60,000 nucleotides of DNA, taken from positions 41,170,001-41,230,000 of the forward strand of contig NW_024704742.1 of assembly GCF_018977255.1 (NCBI RefSeq). The letters are read 5' to 3'. Origin of the DNA: Callorhinchus milii. Lineage: Eukaryota. The notes under the pieces are model-generated. The model was not told where the DNA came from. It was given only the letters and a program-made list of their open reading frames with translations, and did no database searches. Shown here piece after piece: positions 1 through 14,029 of this stretch. Each line of letters opens with the position of its first letter. Position 1 is the first letter of the stretch. Position numbers and translations under genes: made by a program.

Positions 1-754
1 TACAAATCCTCTTAAGTACTGTATAACGTCACCTTTATTAAACAATTTAAACAATCTGGTTGAGAACTTAACATCTCTTAAAACATCGCTTTCAGTAACA
101 CAGTAATTAGGGTACTTCCCACTTTCATCAAGAGCTCAGGAGGAATCTGCACATGTGCAACAAAGGGCAAAGGGAAAGTGGGGCTAAGAGACGCCGAATA
201 GCAGTTACATGTTTTCCTGTGTTTAAGCCAGGAATGCGACTGGCTCTTTAAGGACAATAAAAAGGTTAAAGGAGATCTAATTGCCCCCCCCTAGCCATTT
301 TAAACATTTTTTTAAAAAGTCTGAAAGTTTGCTTGAAACTGGTTGCATAAAATCTGATTTCTGAACCCATCTGGTGAGGAGCTAGACTGTGAAATATGCT
401 CCATAATGTGCAAGTTGTTGGGTTGAGCTTAGCACCTAATCGATACCACTCAAACCAGATCAACCTTGCACTATTACTACTGTTTCAATGAGGAAGCTAA
501 CTTAAAACAATACTAATTTTCCAGTATGAATTGGATATTCAATGCATTCATTTATGTTTAAAGTTTACAAAACTAGTGAACATTTGCCATTCGGGTGCTA
601 AGGTATTAACAAAATAAATTGTGTTAAATCTACACGTTTAAGAAATCTGAGATGGCAGTTATCTTGAGCAGCCCTGTACTTCCCCTGATGTTGAAAAGTG
701 AAGGGAATCTTGCAGTTATCAGCATCCTTGCAATAAACAATCAACAAGCTCACT

Positions 755-1318
755 ACAACAACAACAACAAAATTACATTTATAGAGCGCCTTTCACGTCG
801 GGAGGACGTCCCAAAGCGCTGAACAGTCAGGTGTCGGGGCCTGAGCATGGGGGAGGGATGGTATAGGGGTGAGGGAAGGCAGAGAGGTGGGAGGGAGACC
901 AAAGGCACGATCGAAGAGAAGGATCTTGAGGCCGGCCTTGAAGGAGGCAAGGGAGGAAGCGAGGTGAAAGGACCATGGGATGGAGTTCCAGAGTGTGGGG
1001 GCAGAGAGGCTGAAAACCCGGCCACCAATGGTTGGGCAGGTCGAGCGGGAGACGTGGAGCAGGCCAGAGCCCGCTGAACGGAGGGAGCGGGCAGGTTGGT
1101 AGGGAGTCAGCAGGTCAGAGAGGTAGGAGGGGGCAAGTCCATGGATGGCCTTAACGGTGAGGACGAGGATCTTGAATTCGATCCTCTGGGGGATGGGGAG
1201 CCAGTGGAGTCGGGCGAGGGTGGGAGTGATGGGGTCGCGGAGCCTGGTGCGTGAGAGTACACAAGCTCCAGAGTTTTGGATGATCTGCAGCTTGTGAAGG
1301 GAAGAGTTGGGTGATGGG
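755..1318 (-). mobile_element. L2 LINE 3' fragment
   Basis: [15 protein letters not shown]...FKAGLK C-terminus, stem-loop and (TTG)n tail. Confidence 0.9.
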
Positions 1319-2559
1319 TCATGGGAAGATTTCTTCAAGGTGGGGGTGATAGTGGCTGTTACTGCACATATAAAGGGAGAGGTGAAGAAATATGCGTGGA
1401 TTTGGAGAATATCACCCCTAATGGTTTGCAGAACCCAGTTCATCATAACTCCATTAGGAAATCATCTCAAATGGATGTGAGAGTTATTTTAAAAAATGGT
1501 CACTCAATCCACAACTATTTGTGGGGCACTGCTGTGCACAATTGGCTGCTGCGATTCACCCACAAAATACACAGTCACTACACTTTACAATGTTTTGGGA
1601 AGCGCTTATAGAAGTCTCAACATGTGATAAGGCAATGCAAGTATCTAATGCAAGGATTATTATTATTAATCGGAAAACATACACTCCTGAAATGCTGCAG
1701 TTTGGGATTGATGGTTTGGGAGGATAATGACTCCCATTGAGAGGCAGCTGGTACCCTTGATTTGGCTACCGATGACTGCTTGTTTACCTTTGTGCTGCCT
1801 GTCCCATGGGTGACAAGTCTCAAAGTTGCCATCTGTTTCCAGTACAGTTAATTCTACTGATCCTTACACAATGATTTGGGGGCAGTGGATTGCACGTCCA
1901 TCTCTCCAGAGCAAAATGATCACAGTGGGATTAGTTTCCTTGCTCTTTCTCTCTCTAGTTTTCTGGCTAGGTAATCACCACGGGGTCATAGAGGAAACAA
2001 ATCAACCAAAACCAAGCCAAAACCAGACTAACAGCATTGTCTCTTCGACCGATTTACAATACTCCAACACAATCACTCTTAAAAACAAAGGGGCTGGCAA
2101 CATAAAGGGAAATCTTGAGATGCAGGCATTAATTCTCAAGGCATTATAACTCAACCCCACAAACATACATTTCCCCTATTACACTGAGAATGCATTTCGC
2201 AAACTGAGGAAAATAAGCTTCTAAATTAAGAATGAAGTTAGGAATATTCTCAAATTTTAATGCCATAGTTTTGAGGCAAAAGCCATAAGATATATGGAGC
2301 TCTGAACTCCATGTCAGTTCGTCCTTGGATCCAGCGTTTTGGGTCGTCCTCTCAATGTGAAAGGCACTATATAAATGTAATTTTGTATTGTATTGGTTCT
2401 CTGTATATGCAATGTGTGCATTTATTCACTTTCCACACATTCCTCCATATAACATCATCACTTTTGAATCTTTTGAATGCATGTTATACTGTTTTTTTAC
2501 AGTTATACATATTAAGGGTTATATTCATTGGAATCTGCAGATGCAAATACTGCACAATG

Positions 2560-2880
2560 TAGACAATGGATGGTTGTCTACCTTGTACAGAAGGTTGAGC
2601 TATGAGGAGCGATTCGGCTAAGGCTCTGCAGCCTTGAAATTAGATATCTCAGAAAAGACTTTACAGAGATATACGAGATGTTAAACGGGATAGTGAAAGT
2701 AAAGCTCAACAATACTTTCAGATCCGCCAAGGCAGCAGGATAAGAGGCACTAGTTCAGGGTTGTGAACAGCAATTTTAAGACAGATGCCAAGATGTCTTT
2801 CTTAACACAAATGGAGCTCAACACCTGGAAAGGGCTACCAGGAAATGTGGTTGAGCGAGAATATCAAACTCAAGACAAAG
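2560..2880 (+). mobile_element. Old CR1 3' fragment
   Basis: LSYEER...EIY remnant of the CR1 ORF2 C-terminus. Confidence 0.55.
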
Positions 2881-3089
2881 GTTCTTAAGAAACACTCAAA
2901 TGTTTGTTCACCAGTCAGGGCCTTTAACTTGTCCAAGTTCAGTTATTGGCCAGCTGCAACACTGAAGTGACCTCTCGAGATATGAAAAGTAAAAAAAAGA
3001 TGAGTGAGGCACCTAAAGTGAAATTAGATATCTCAGAAAGGACTTTACAGAAAGAGGCACCTAAAGTTCCTCACACAGTTAGTAACAAA

Positions 3090-3600
3090 ATCAACATCAA
3101 CTTGCACTTATATAGTGCCCTCCACTTAGGGTAGCGTCTCAGAGCACTTAACAGTGGTAGAGCCGGACTCCAAAAGCACGGTCAAAGAGGAAAGTCTTCA
3201 GTTGGGACTTGAAAGAGGGGAGAGAGGGGGCAAGGCAGAGGGATTGAGGGAGAGTGTTCCAGAGTTTTGGGGTGCAGTGGCTGAAAGCACAACCTCCGAT
3301 GGTGGGGCGGAGGGTGCGAGTGATGAGCAGGAAGCTAATGCCAGTCAAGCGGAGGTGCCGGGTGGTGGATTGGGGAGTGAGGAGGTCGGAGAGGTAGGGA
3401 GGTGCCAGGGAGTGAATGGATTTGAACATGAGTGTGAGGATCTTGAAATCGATCCGTTCGGTGATGGGGAGCCAGTGGAGCCTGGCCAGAACTGATGAGA
3501 TGTGGGTACAGAGTTTGGTCCGGGTCAGTATGTGGGCAGCACAGTTCTGAATGAGCAGGATCTTTTGAATGGAGGAGCTGGGGAGACTGTCGAGGAAAAT
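3090..3600 (-). mobile_element. L2 LINE 3' fragment (second family, B)
   Basis: ORF 3148-3627 LHWLPITERIDFKIL; different 3' tail. Confidence 0.85.
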
Positions 3601-4199
3601 CACTGAAGTGCCTGAGTTGATGTCCATCTCTCCATTTGAGTGAACTCAGCACCGTCACGCTGACAGTTTCAGTACATCTTTTAAGCCAGTTCATTCAATT
3701 AAGTTATTGTCTTTAGTTTAAACAAAAATATGTCCCTTTAAAATCAACAAAGAGGAAGAAACAAAGACCAAATTTTGGATTTGATATAACGTTTAATACA
3801 TGAAGATTTCTCAAAGCACTTCATTATGATGTGTTACTTTTCACTGTTGTTAGTAAGTAAACTCAGAAGCTAACTTGGACCAACAACATCCCATAAACAG
3901 CATTGAGATGAATCAAATTGGACAGCACACTAGGAGAACTCCTGAACGTTTTCTTTTTCAAAGCAATGCCATCTACCTCAACAACCAGACAGATCCCTGG
4001 TTTAATGTCTCATTTACAGAACAATATCAGTAACAATGCAGTAATCTCTCAGTACTGTATTGGAGGTGTCAGCCAAGAATGTGAGCTCAAAACCTTGAGA
4101 GAGGCTCAAACGATTTGACCCAGGGGCAATATTGAGCTAAATAGTCATGGGTACTAAAGAGAATTGTAATTCAATGTGATTTTTAAAAAAGGTGTATTC

Positions 4200-4940
4200 C
4201 AACAACAACAAGATTACATTTGTATAGCGCCTTTCACGTCAGGAGGACGTCCCAAGGTGCTGGACAGAGTACAGCATTTCAGACCCAAGCTGGGGTCAGA
4301 GGGGGGAGAAGGGAAGGGGGGTGACCAATGGCATGTCAAAGAGGAGGGCCTTGAGGTGGGACTTGAAAGAGGGGGGAAGGTGGAATGACTGAGGTATGGA
4401 ATTCCAGAGGTTAGGGGCAGAGTGGCTGAAGGCTCTCCCGCCAATAGTGGGGCATGTGGGTCGGGGGACGTGGAGCAGGCCCTAGCCGGCTGAGCGGAGG
4501 GAACGGGTGGGTTGGTAGAGGGTTAGGAGGTCACAGAGGTAGGGTGGGGTGAGGCCATGGAGGATTTTGTATGAACAACAACAACAACTTGCATATGTGT
4601 AGTGCCCCTCATACAGGATAGCATCCCAGATCGCTTGACAGTGGCAGAGCATGACGCTGAACTGGGGGGAGGGGGAGGTGAACGGAGGCATGGTCGAACA
4701 GGAAGGTCTTTAGGTGCGATTGAAAGTGTGGCCAATGCTGGTGGAACGAAGAGCACGAGGGACATCAGAAGGCTGGAGCCAGTGGGAATGGGTTGGGGGG
4801 TAAGCAGGTCGGAGAGATAGGGAGTTGTCAGGGCATGAAGGGATTTGAAGATGAGTGTGAGGATCTTGAAATCCATTCGATGATAGGGAGCCAGTAAAGC
4901 CTGGCTAGAGTTGGTGTGATGGGGTTACTGAGTTTAATAC
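4200..4940 (-). mobile_element. Two adjacent L2 3' fragments (family A 4200-4570, family B 4575-4940)
   Basis: Two (CAA)n tails, each followed by L2 ORF2 C-terminal remnants. Confidence 0.8.
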
Positions 4941-7379
4941 TGCTTTGTTTCAGGACCATAAACAGGGCGCATAGCCAAAATGGCCACCAAGATGTCACTT
5001 CCTGGGTATTGCCAATGTTTATGACATGGAAGGGGCATGGCTGGTGTCATTTGCTAAAAAACACGCATCATTGATATCTCTTCCTCCGTGCTGTGCTTGC
5101 ACACAGTGCACAGGAAATCTGGCAACTGTCTTCATAGGTCCAAAGGACAACCACATTACAGCCAAACAGCGAGGCACGTCATAAAGGAGTTGGTTGTCCT
5201 CTATTAGGGATCTAGCCTCAGGGACTTAAGATTTCATGATGCTGAAAAACAACTTGTTATCTTGTTATTCGACAATGTAGTCTTCTTCAATCCTTTTCAG
5301 AAATTCTTTCTGGATGATAATTCAGAACATCTAGAAAGGTGTTCTGCATCAATGTGTCAGAAACAACCTGATAATCAATGCCTGCATGAAGAACATTTAT
5401 CTTCCCCCCAACAATCTGGATAATTCTAATCTGTAGCCTAGGATAGATCAGTGTGAAGGGACACTGCAGATGTAACATAAACCAGCTTTTGTGAATAATT
5501 TGTTCACATATTTGGGAAAGTTCCCTATGTGGCATTAAAAGATTAAATAAATTTTTGTTTAATACAGCTCTAAAAACAGTTTCAATAACTAAATTTATAG
5601 ACATTTGGAAATGTTGCTTTGCAAGGAATAAGTCAGTCGGAATAAACATTTCAAACACAATTTAAACTGACATTTTTGATGTTTATTTTTCCAGGTCAAA
5701 ATTCTAATCACCATATGTTTTCTCTCAAATGCCCTCTGAAAAGCCAAACAACTTTTGAGAGGCAGACTGAAAGAGAAACATCTAGAATTATGAACAACAT
5801 TATGATGAATGAAAGCATAAAGCGTAGCATTAACCAACCATACAAATAAAAAGATGTTTCAGAACAATTCAATCTATTTTTAAAAATAGTGTGGGGAGGG
5901 CGGAGTGGAGTGTGTGGAGACTGTAAGATATAAAAGTTTATTTAGTACACTATCCTTTCACCTCTCAGACTTGGGGAGTTTGAATCCAGCACCAACCTGT
6001 AACCCAAAATTCCAGCCAAGTCTTTGCCTGCTATTTTCGCTTGCCCAAATTTGTGAAAAATTCTTATGTTCAGTGTTAATTTGGAAGCTTGTCTTTGTTA
6101 AGCGTGATGGAAAAGAGGGTTCCCAATTAAGACTTTGTTCCCCACAATTCAGCCAAAATTAAATCTTAAAGATAAAATAGACTTTCAGCTAAGACTAGTT
6201 GTACTTCTTGTGGGATGCTGCATATTACAATGTTTCCCAACATGATGCACCAAGAGGTACCTCCAGCAAGGACAAGTGTCTCACAAGGTTGACTCTGATA
6301 TTTGCTTCAGCACACAAAGACCAAGACCTGAAATTCCTCAGGCTTAAGATCAGTCTTCAAATTTATAATCACATTGAATTTTGGAAAATTGTTAAATTTC
6401 GTGTTAAGTGATCAGGGCCTACCACAGTTGTTTGTAACCAGCTACCCAATTAAGACCAAATTCAAGCTTTACCCAAAGTTCAGCACAATCTTAGATTTTA
6501 ATATAATGGTATTAGAACGAATACCATGAGAAATCTTCGGTCTCAGAAACACAGTGACTTGTGGTATCAGTGGCTGCTGCTATAGTACTCCTATGGACTA
6601 ATGCATGCTTCAACAAGGAATGATTGGTCTGCAATTGAACTGTATGAATTGGATAAAAGGGGCAGAGGTCCAGATGCAACTAGGGGAAGCTACAGTAAAA
6701 TCTTGCCAGAAGTTTCCACCCCACCTTTCTGGACTGATTGTACTGCAATTGTTCTTGTGCTTCTGGCATAAACATTTGAGCTCTGGCATAAGTCCAAATG
6801 ATTCTTGTCAGTAATTCTGTTCCAGTGATAATACTGTGGAGATCCGACAGTCTGGCCTTCTCTCTAACAATGTGGAGAGCAAACTCTGGGATTGAGTAAA
6901 CCACCCTCTTCCAGTTCACTGGTCTAAATAGGTCTGGTACGTGCTCCGCCCAGCAGCAAACAGATGGGTTTTTAGCTGCAGCGGCCAATTGCAGTTAAAA
7001 GTAAACACTGGCAGATACAGAGACTGTGGAACAGAAAAAGTTGCTGACTGTGACAAATACAGCCAAGCTTCCTTCACAATTCCTATTCTGCAACTATATT
7101 CCTGCCATTTCAATTTTTTTAGCTTCAGTGTAGCGTGGTTTTGATAATCAAAAAAAAAGGTGAATGCTTATAACAGAAGAGAGCTCAGCACCTTCGTAAC
7201 AGCCAAGGGCCTCCTCTGTGCTGTAGGATTCTATATGGGCGGTTATCAGAGTCTTTTTCACTGGAGCTACAGGTTTTGACCCCTAAATTAACACACCTTT
7301 TTTAGCCCACAGTTTGATTTTGTCTCAATTTAATCTCTGACTTTGTGCATGCCTTTCAGAAGGTTGGTTAGCCATTCTA

Positions 7380-7960
7380 TAGAAGCTGATGTTATCACCA
7401 TAATAATGCCACACTAATAATTGCCATCACTTTTGCAGAAAATTATTAGAGTGTGGATGAAAATGAGGAACGGAGTGGGCCAAATATTAAGCCCTGAGGA
7501 ACTCCTAGGTAAATGTTGCAATAAGATAGTGAATGTCCATTTATTATGACCTAATGGCTAAGGAAGTCATGTAACCAACTTAATATCTCAAAGATATGCC
7601 ACAAGAGGCCAGTTCATCACTGAGGTTGGGATGACATACCTGTATGAAGGCTCTAGAAATGTCGAAGGTGCTATTCTGACAATTGAAATGGAAGAACCAG
7701 AGGTACAAAAAAAATCCTTTAGGTCCATTGTCTTCAAATTTCAGAATGCACAGAATTTTGAAAAATTCTTAAATTTAATTTTTTTAAAGAAATATGGAAA
7801 GCCAGCTTCCTGGTTAACATTGAATTGAAGAATTTTCCAAAACTCTGCACAATCTGAAATCTGAAGACAATGGTATTTAGGCTAACGCTAAAGGAATGCT
7901 GAGGCTCTGAAGAAATGTCATTCAGATGAGGCTTTGATAACATAAGCTTTTGTACCTTCT
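7380..7960 (-). mobile_element. Ancient non-LTR RT remnant interrupted by a palindromic element
   Basis: Minus strand ggagttcctcagggcttaatatttggccca = GVPQGLIFGP. Confidence 0.5.
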
Positions 7961-8196
7961 GGGATTTCCATTAATTGCTCAATTGTCCACAAAATCTTCT
8001 CTCCATCAAAAATAATCAGAGACACGTGTACATACAAAACAGTTCCTGGAAATGACAAGGATTCAGGGTTTTGATGAGATCAGATGAGAAGTTGAATGTG
8101 AAGATTAAGTGGACCATTGGTCTATTCCCGTCCTGAAACTGTCAATATATTAATACACACACAAACAATCGAATTTGAAATAGTTGCTCAATATAA

Positions 8197-9048
8197 ACAA
8201 CAACAACAACTTGGATTTATATAGCGTCCTCCACGCCGGACAGCGTCTCGGAGCACTTCACAATAACGGATCCCGGGGCCAAGCCAGGGGGAGGGGAAGG
8301 AAGGTGACCAAAGATGCGGTCAAAAAGAAAGGTGAGTCCTGAAAATGGGAAGGGAGGGAGCGAGACGAAGGGAGTGAGGAAGGCAGTTCCAGAGCTTCGG
8401 GGCATAGTGGCTGAAGGCACGGCTGCCGAGGGTGGAGTGGAGGACTCGGGGGACAAGGAGGAGGCCAGACCCGGAGGAACAAAGGCAACGGGTGCTGTTT
8501 TGAGGAGAGAGGAGGTCAGAGAGGTAGGGGGGTGCAGAGAAGTGCAGGGACTTGAATACGAAGGTGAGGATCTTGAAGTCGATCCTCTCTGGGATAGGCA
8601 GCCAGTGCAGTCTGGCAAGGACTGGGGTGATCAGGGAGCGGAGTTTTGTGCGGGTGAGAATGCGGGCGGCAGAGTTCTGAATGAGTTGGATTTTATGGAT
8701 GGTAGTGGATGGGAGACCGGTGAGGAGGGCGTTGGAGTAGTCCAGCTGAGAGGTGACAAAGGCATGGACCAGAGTTTCAGTGCCTTTTGGGCAGAGGTAT
8801 TTGTGGAGACGGGCACTCCGACGGAGGTGGAAAAAGGCGGTGCTGGTAAGGGACTGGATGTGGGGGAGGAAGGATAATTGGGGGTCGAACCTGACGCCTA
8901 GGTTGCGTACGGGTTTGGAGAGTTCTAGGGGGAGGTAAGGTAGGTGGAGATGAGAACCGTGAGATTTTAGACGTTGACGAGAGCCGAAGAGTATGGCTTC
9001 CGTCTTGTCAACGTTCATCTGAAGGAAGTTTGCTCTCATCCAGCGCAA
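8197..9048 (-). mobile_element. L2 LINE 3' fragment (family B)
   Basis: WMRANFLQMN..KTE, VRNLGV, LDYSN, LHWLP in ORF 8320-9153. Confidence 0.9.
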
Positions 9049-9889
9049 ACTAGGTTTACCTTTCATACAAATCAGTGACTTTTTAAACCTTTTAACATCA
9101 TGTTTGAATGTATTTTGCTGCTGCCCTTTCTGTCTCTCCACCTTATCCATCATTTCACAGCCAAGAGAGTAGGAGACAATCTGAATCTCCTCCTCTGGCT
9201 GAGTCCAGCCTTAGTATACCACCATGCGTTCTATCAAAGAGCCCAGGTTGAAATGACTGCGTTGTAAAGTGCCCAGCTTCATCTGGCACAATCCACACAT
9301 AAAAACATAACTCGTATTGTATAACTCTTTATTACAGTGGAGAGCTGACTGCCCACACTGAGATTGGCCTCATTTGCAGTAGTCAAGAATGGAAAGAGTT
9401 TCTCCGAGTGTCCTAGAATCTTTTTAACATTTACCTAAACAGGCAGACAGGACCTCAATTTAACATTGCATCCAAAACACCAAGTCTTAAGAATGCATCG
9501 CTCCTCAACGCTGTATTGCAGTGGACTGTGAGTTTAAAGCCTGGAATAGAGCTTGAACTCACAATCTTCTGACTCAAGAGACATGAGTGCAAGCAATTAA
9601 GCCAGGTTAACACCAAAAATGGCAGGGATATACACCAGCGCAGCCTGACAACCAACCATGTCGTAAATAATCAATGAATATGGAGGATTGTTGACCAGCA
9701 CATCAGAAATTCCATTCCTTTTTCCAATTTAATTGCAATATAGCATATTCTTGCAGTTTTTAAAGAAAGGAGTAAATAGTTTTTTAAAACTTATTTTGTA
9801 AACCTATTTGTTTGGGATGCAAGCCCCACAGTGGAACGTCAATTAACTGCAGGAACTTTGTGGTAAATGGGACAGGTAGGATTGTTAAA

Positions 9890-10027
9890 TAACAAACAAA
9901 ATGCAAAATACTGCAGAAGCTGGAGATCTGAAAACAAAAACAGACGTCGCTGGGAACACTCTGCAGGTCAGGCAGCATCTATGGAGAAAGGAAAGTGAGT
10001 CAACGTTTCGGGACCACGACCCTTCGT
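9890..10027 (+). mobile_element. Penelope-like element terminal fragment
   Basis: aaatactgcagaagctggagatctgaaa...caggtcaggcagcatctatggag...aacgtttcggg resembles the abundant chondrichthyan Penelope-derived repeat (recalled). Confidence 0.55.
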
Positions 10028-10049
10028 AATTCTTTTGGCTCAAAGGGTT

Positions 10050-10380
10050 TCACAGGAATTTACTGTGAAGTGACTGTGTATTTTTGTAAGCAAACACAAC
10101 AGCCAATTTGGACAATTTTATCTGAGGAATTGTTGGCTAGGACATTGGGAGAAACTACTGTAGCTTCTCTTTCGAATAGTGCCATGGGATATCAAACATC
10201 CAACTGAACAGGCAGATGGGACCTCAGTTTAATGTGTCATCCGAAGGATGGCATCTCCACCAATTTAGCACACACTGATTGGAGTGTCAGCCTAGACGAT
10301 GTGGGAGTAAAGTACTGACATCGGGCTTAAAGCCACAGACTTCTCACTCATAGGTGAGAGTCCTATCAACTGAGGCAGGT
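10050..10380 (-). mobile_element. Deu-domain SINE
   Basis: Reverse-complement Deu core. Further degraded copies at ~3770-4130, 9440-9610, 15880-16085, 17660-17885, 28440-28600, 29515-29805, 33590-33790, 43110-43290, 51115-51380 and 51945-52280. Confidence 0.7.
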
Positions 10381-11157
10381 TAATCCATTATATGGGAACA
10401 TAGAAACACACAGGACTGGAAATTACCACTGCATACCATCTGAGCATTCCAAAGTTTGACGAATAACATACTCTAATTTCTTATATTATTCAATTATTTC
10501 TTTCCTTAAAAACCTAGCTAGCACCCTCTTCAAATCTGCTTGCACTGCTCATCTGCACTCTCCCTGGCAATGTACTCCATGGTTGGAGCCCAAATTGGAA
10601 TCAGTGACATAGTCTTAACCCTTTGTGATAGCAATTGCCCACTAATTTGAACACAGAACAAAATACACTCACAATAATCGAACACCATTTCTCTGCTCCA
10701 ATTTAAAGTAACAAGAATGTTACTGAATACTGTATGTGGTTTTATGCAGTTACGTGACAGAGAGCATCTGTGTTTTAATGATTCCCTGGGGGTGCAATGA
10801 ACATTCCTGATTTACTGCAGCAGTTTTGACTCATTTACTTGTGGATTTCTCGTCCCAGTACAGTTGACATCGTCATTGCTTTGTTGATCAGATGAAGAGC
10901 GTTAATTTTATTGTCAAACCAATCATCCCTATTAGTCAAAACAGACTGGAAACAGGTCAATCAGGAACAAAAGAGGATTTGGAGCAATACTGAGATGGCT
11001 CTTTCATGTGATCAGCCATTGTACAATGAATAAGTCAGGAAAATAAATAACTTTAAAAACATACATGGAAAGAAATTCCACCTGGGTCTAGATTTACGCA
11101 TTGGGTAGCATTTTAGACTATCCAGAATTTGGCAAATTGTTTAACTTGTAAGCTGGT

Positions 11158-12250
11158 TCAGACCATATCTCTCACGCTGCCTCCACTTCATCTCCACAAA
11201 TGGTTTCTCCTCTAGCCCCCGCACCATTCCTCAGGGCTCTGTCCTTGGTCCCCTCCTCTTCAATATCTATATGCTCCCTCTTGGTGACACCATCCGCAGG
11301 CATGAGGTCAACTTCCACATGTATGCGGATGACACCCAACTATACCTCTCTGCCTCCACCCATGACTCCAGGACGCCTGCTGTCCTGACAGAATGTCTGT
11401 CGGACATCAAGTCCTGGATAAGAGCTAACTTTCTTCAGTTGAACGTCAACAAGACCGAGGCTCTCCTGATTGACTCCCGTCAGCACCTCCTCACCTCAGG
11501 TGCTGACAGCATCACCATCCATGGTTGCAAGCTCCACCTTGCTAAGCCAGTCCAGAACCTTGACATCTTGTTTGATCCTCAATTATCCTTTCTACCCCAC
11601 ATCTGCGCCATGACCCGCTCTGCCTTCCCCCACCTCCGCAACATCGCCCGGCTCCGCCACTGTCTCATCGAGGTTTGACTATGCAAATTCATTGCTTGTC
11701 GAACTCCCCAATTCCTCCCTCCACAGGCTGCAGATCATCCAGAACTCTGCAGCCCGTGTCATCTCCCGCACTAGGCGCCGCGATCCTATCACCTCCATTC
11801 TTGCCCAACTCCACTAGTATCACACAGAGGATACATTCAAGATCCTGGTCCTCACCTTCAAAGCCCTCCGTGGTCTTGCTCCCCCCTACCTCTGTGACCT
11901 GCTAACCCCTTACCATCTTGCTCGCTCCCTCCGATCAGCGGGCTCTGGCCTATTTCATGTCCCCTGCCTCGCTCGCCACACTATTGGCAGGTGGGCCTTC
12001 TGCCACTCTGCCCCCACCCTCTGGAACTCCATCCCGCAGTCCCTCCCCCTCCCTCGCCCCCTCCCTCTCCACCTTCAAGACCCATCTCAAGACCCTCCTC
12101 TTCGACCGTGCCTCCGATCTCCCTGCTTCCCCCCCCTGCCCTCCACCCTCCCTGACCCCGACCCTTAGCTCGGGTCTGAAACTCTGTCTGTCCAGCACCT
12201 TAGGATGTCCTCCCAACGTGAAAGTCGCTATACAAATGTAATTTTGTTGT
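11158..12250 (+). mobile_element. L2 LINE 3' fragment with RT YADD
   Basis: ORF 11271-11678 MYADDTQLY; 3' tail at ~12195-12250. Confidence 0.9.
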
Positions 12251-14029
12251 TTTTTTGTGGTTCTTAAAAGAACTTATGAACTTGTGTTCTTCAACTGATG
12301 TGAGAATTAACGTCTCATTGGGAACCTCAATTATTCATCTATTTCAATTACTCACAAAATGAGTTGTATTCTTCTATTACAAAATATTATTCAGATATAC
12401 CATATTACAATAATAACAGTTTGAGAGTTGTAGCCCACAAAATGCAACACACACATTAAAATGTTAAAAGAAACAATCTTATTCACATGAAGGCTTGTTA
12501 AACAATAGAACTACTCACCAGAACACACCCAATATCTGAATTAAAAACATGGATTTTCATTGCTCTCTTATAATATTGCAAACAAAAATCAACTTGGAAT
12601 GACCATACAGATTTCCAACAACCATGTGTAAATGAGTAGCTCTTCACCAGAATATACTGCAATTTCTGAATTAAAACCATGGCTTTTTATTTCCTCCTTG
12701 TAATGCAATAAAAAATGTCTCGAGGTTTTCAAAAAACAACTGCAAATTAGTGTAACTTCTCTCAGTCACTTCTCTAATTCTTTGATGACTAGTTTACCTC
12801 CATAGTCCTTAGCTGAAGTAAACATTTATGCAATGCAAAGTGAATGAATGTATACAGAGGTATACAGAGGTAAGAGCATTTCTGTGCACACCAAGGTCTG
12901 TGCTTAGGAAACTCGGTTTCTACCATATTCCTGTCTTCCTCATTGTGGGAAGCAATGCCAGTCTGGCCTCAATGACCCCACACCCTTGGGTTTTTCCTGA
13001 AGTTTGGATTGAATTACATTTGAAACCCAAGCAGATATTACAGTATCACCAATGAATTAAGGTGTCCAGGAACAATTTTCACACAGCACTCAGTAGTGAT
13101 GATAAGGAAATGCTGTTTTATTACTGTTATTATAATACACTTCAGTGGAGGCTTCTACTTTTAAACTTTTGGGTTTAAACTGATGACCAAAAGTATATCC
13201 AGTTATTTGCCTTCATGTGATCCACAGTGATTATCTATACATGACTAATTCTGCTCATGGGTTTATGTTATAATAATAATATTATTATTAATATATGTTG
13301 ATGTATGTATGCTGTTCTACAACCATTCCCGTGCTTCTGGAAGTTATAATATGTACTCGCAGTAACTCTTAATTCAGCATGCAGTAATTAATTCTTAAAA
13401 GAAATACAAAACAATCCAAATACTCATAACTGGCCTTTTTTATAAGCAAATTGAATTTTAAATAAACAAGATTTGTCAGTCTGAAACTGCAGTGGTTGGA
13501 ATATAAACAGACAAAATCTGGATCACCATTTCCATCTAGTGGCTCATAGCTGTATCCGCAATAACAATGATTCCACTTAAAAATGCTCAAGTTTGGGAAA
13601 AAATTCCACTTGGAATTTACTCTATATTGGAGCAAAATAATAATAATAATTATTTGGTCACTTAATCCATAACTGTTTGTGGGACACTGCTGTGCGTAAT
13701 TGGCTGCCGTGTTTCGCCCACAAAATATCCTGTCTCAATTCACTCTACAGTACATTCTGTGAAGCGCTTTGAGATGTCTCAAAGACGTGATAAGGCAAAA
13801 CATCCAATGCAAGAATTATTATTATCTTAAAGTGTGCAGAATTTGAAAAATTGTTCAATTCAGTTTTAACCTTTTCTGTAGTTCTTAAAAGAACGTATAG
13901 TCAAGCGGCTTGAGAATTAAATAATTAAATTGAAGAATTTTACAAATTCTCAAATGTTCTAATTGGGGTTGAATTTCCATATGTAAATAAAATGACTAAC
14001 ATAATTTGGGAAGTTAAGGGGAAAACAAC

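Noticed and set aside
1826..2149. 107-aa ORF with a hydrophobic, TM-like stretch
   Set aside because: Non-ATG start, hydrophobicity comes from a pyrimidine tract, and there is no homology or exon support.
5287..5658. Open frames on both strands with possible acceptors
   Set aside because: No similarity to LDB or other known proteins and no coherent exon chain.
6680..6988. 102-aa protein-like minus-strand ORF
   Set aside because: No convincing splice sites, ATG or recognisable homology.
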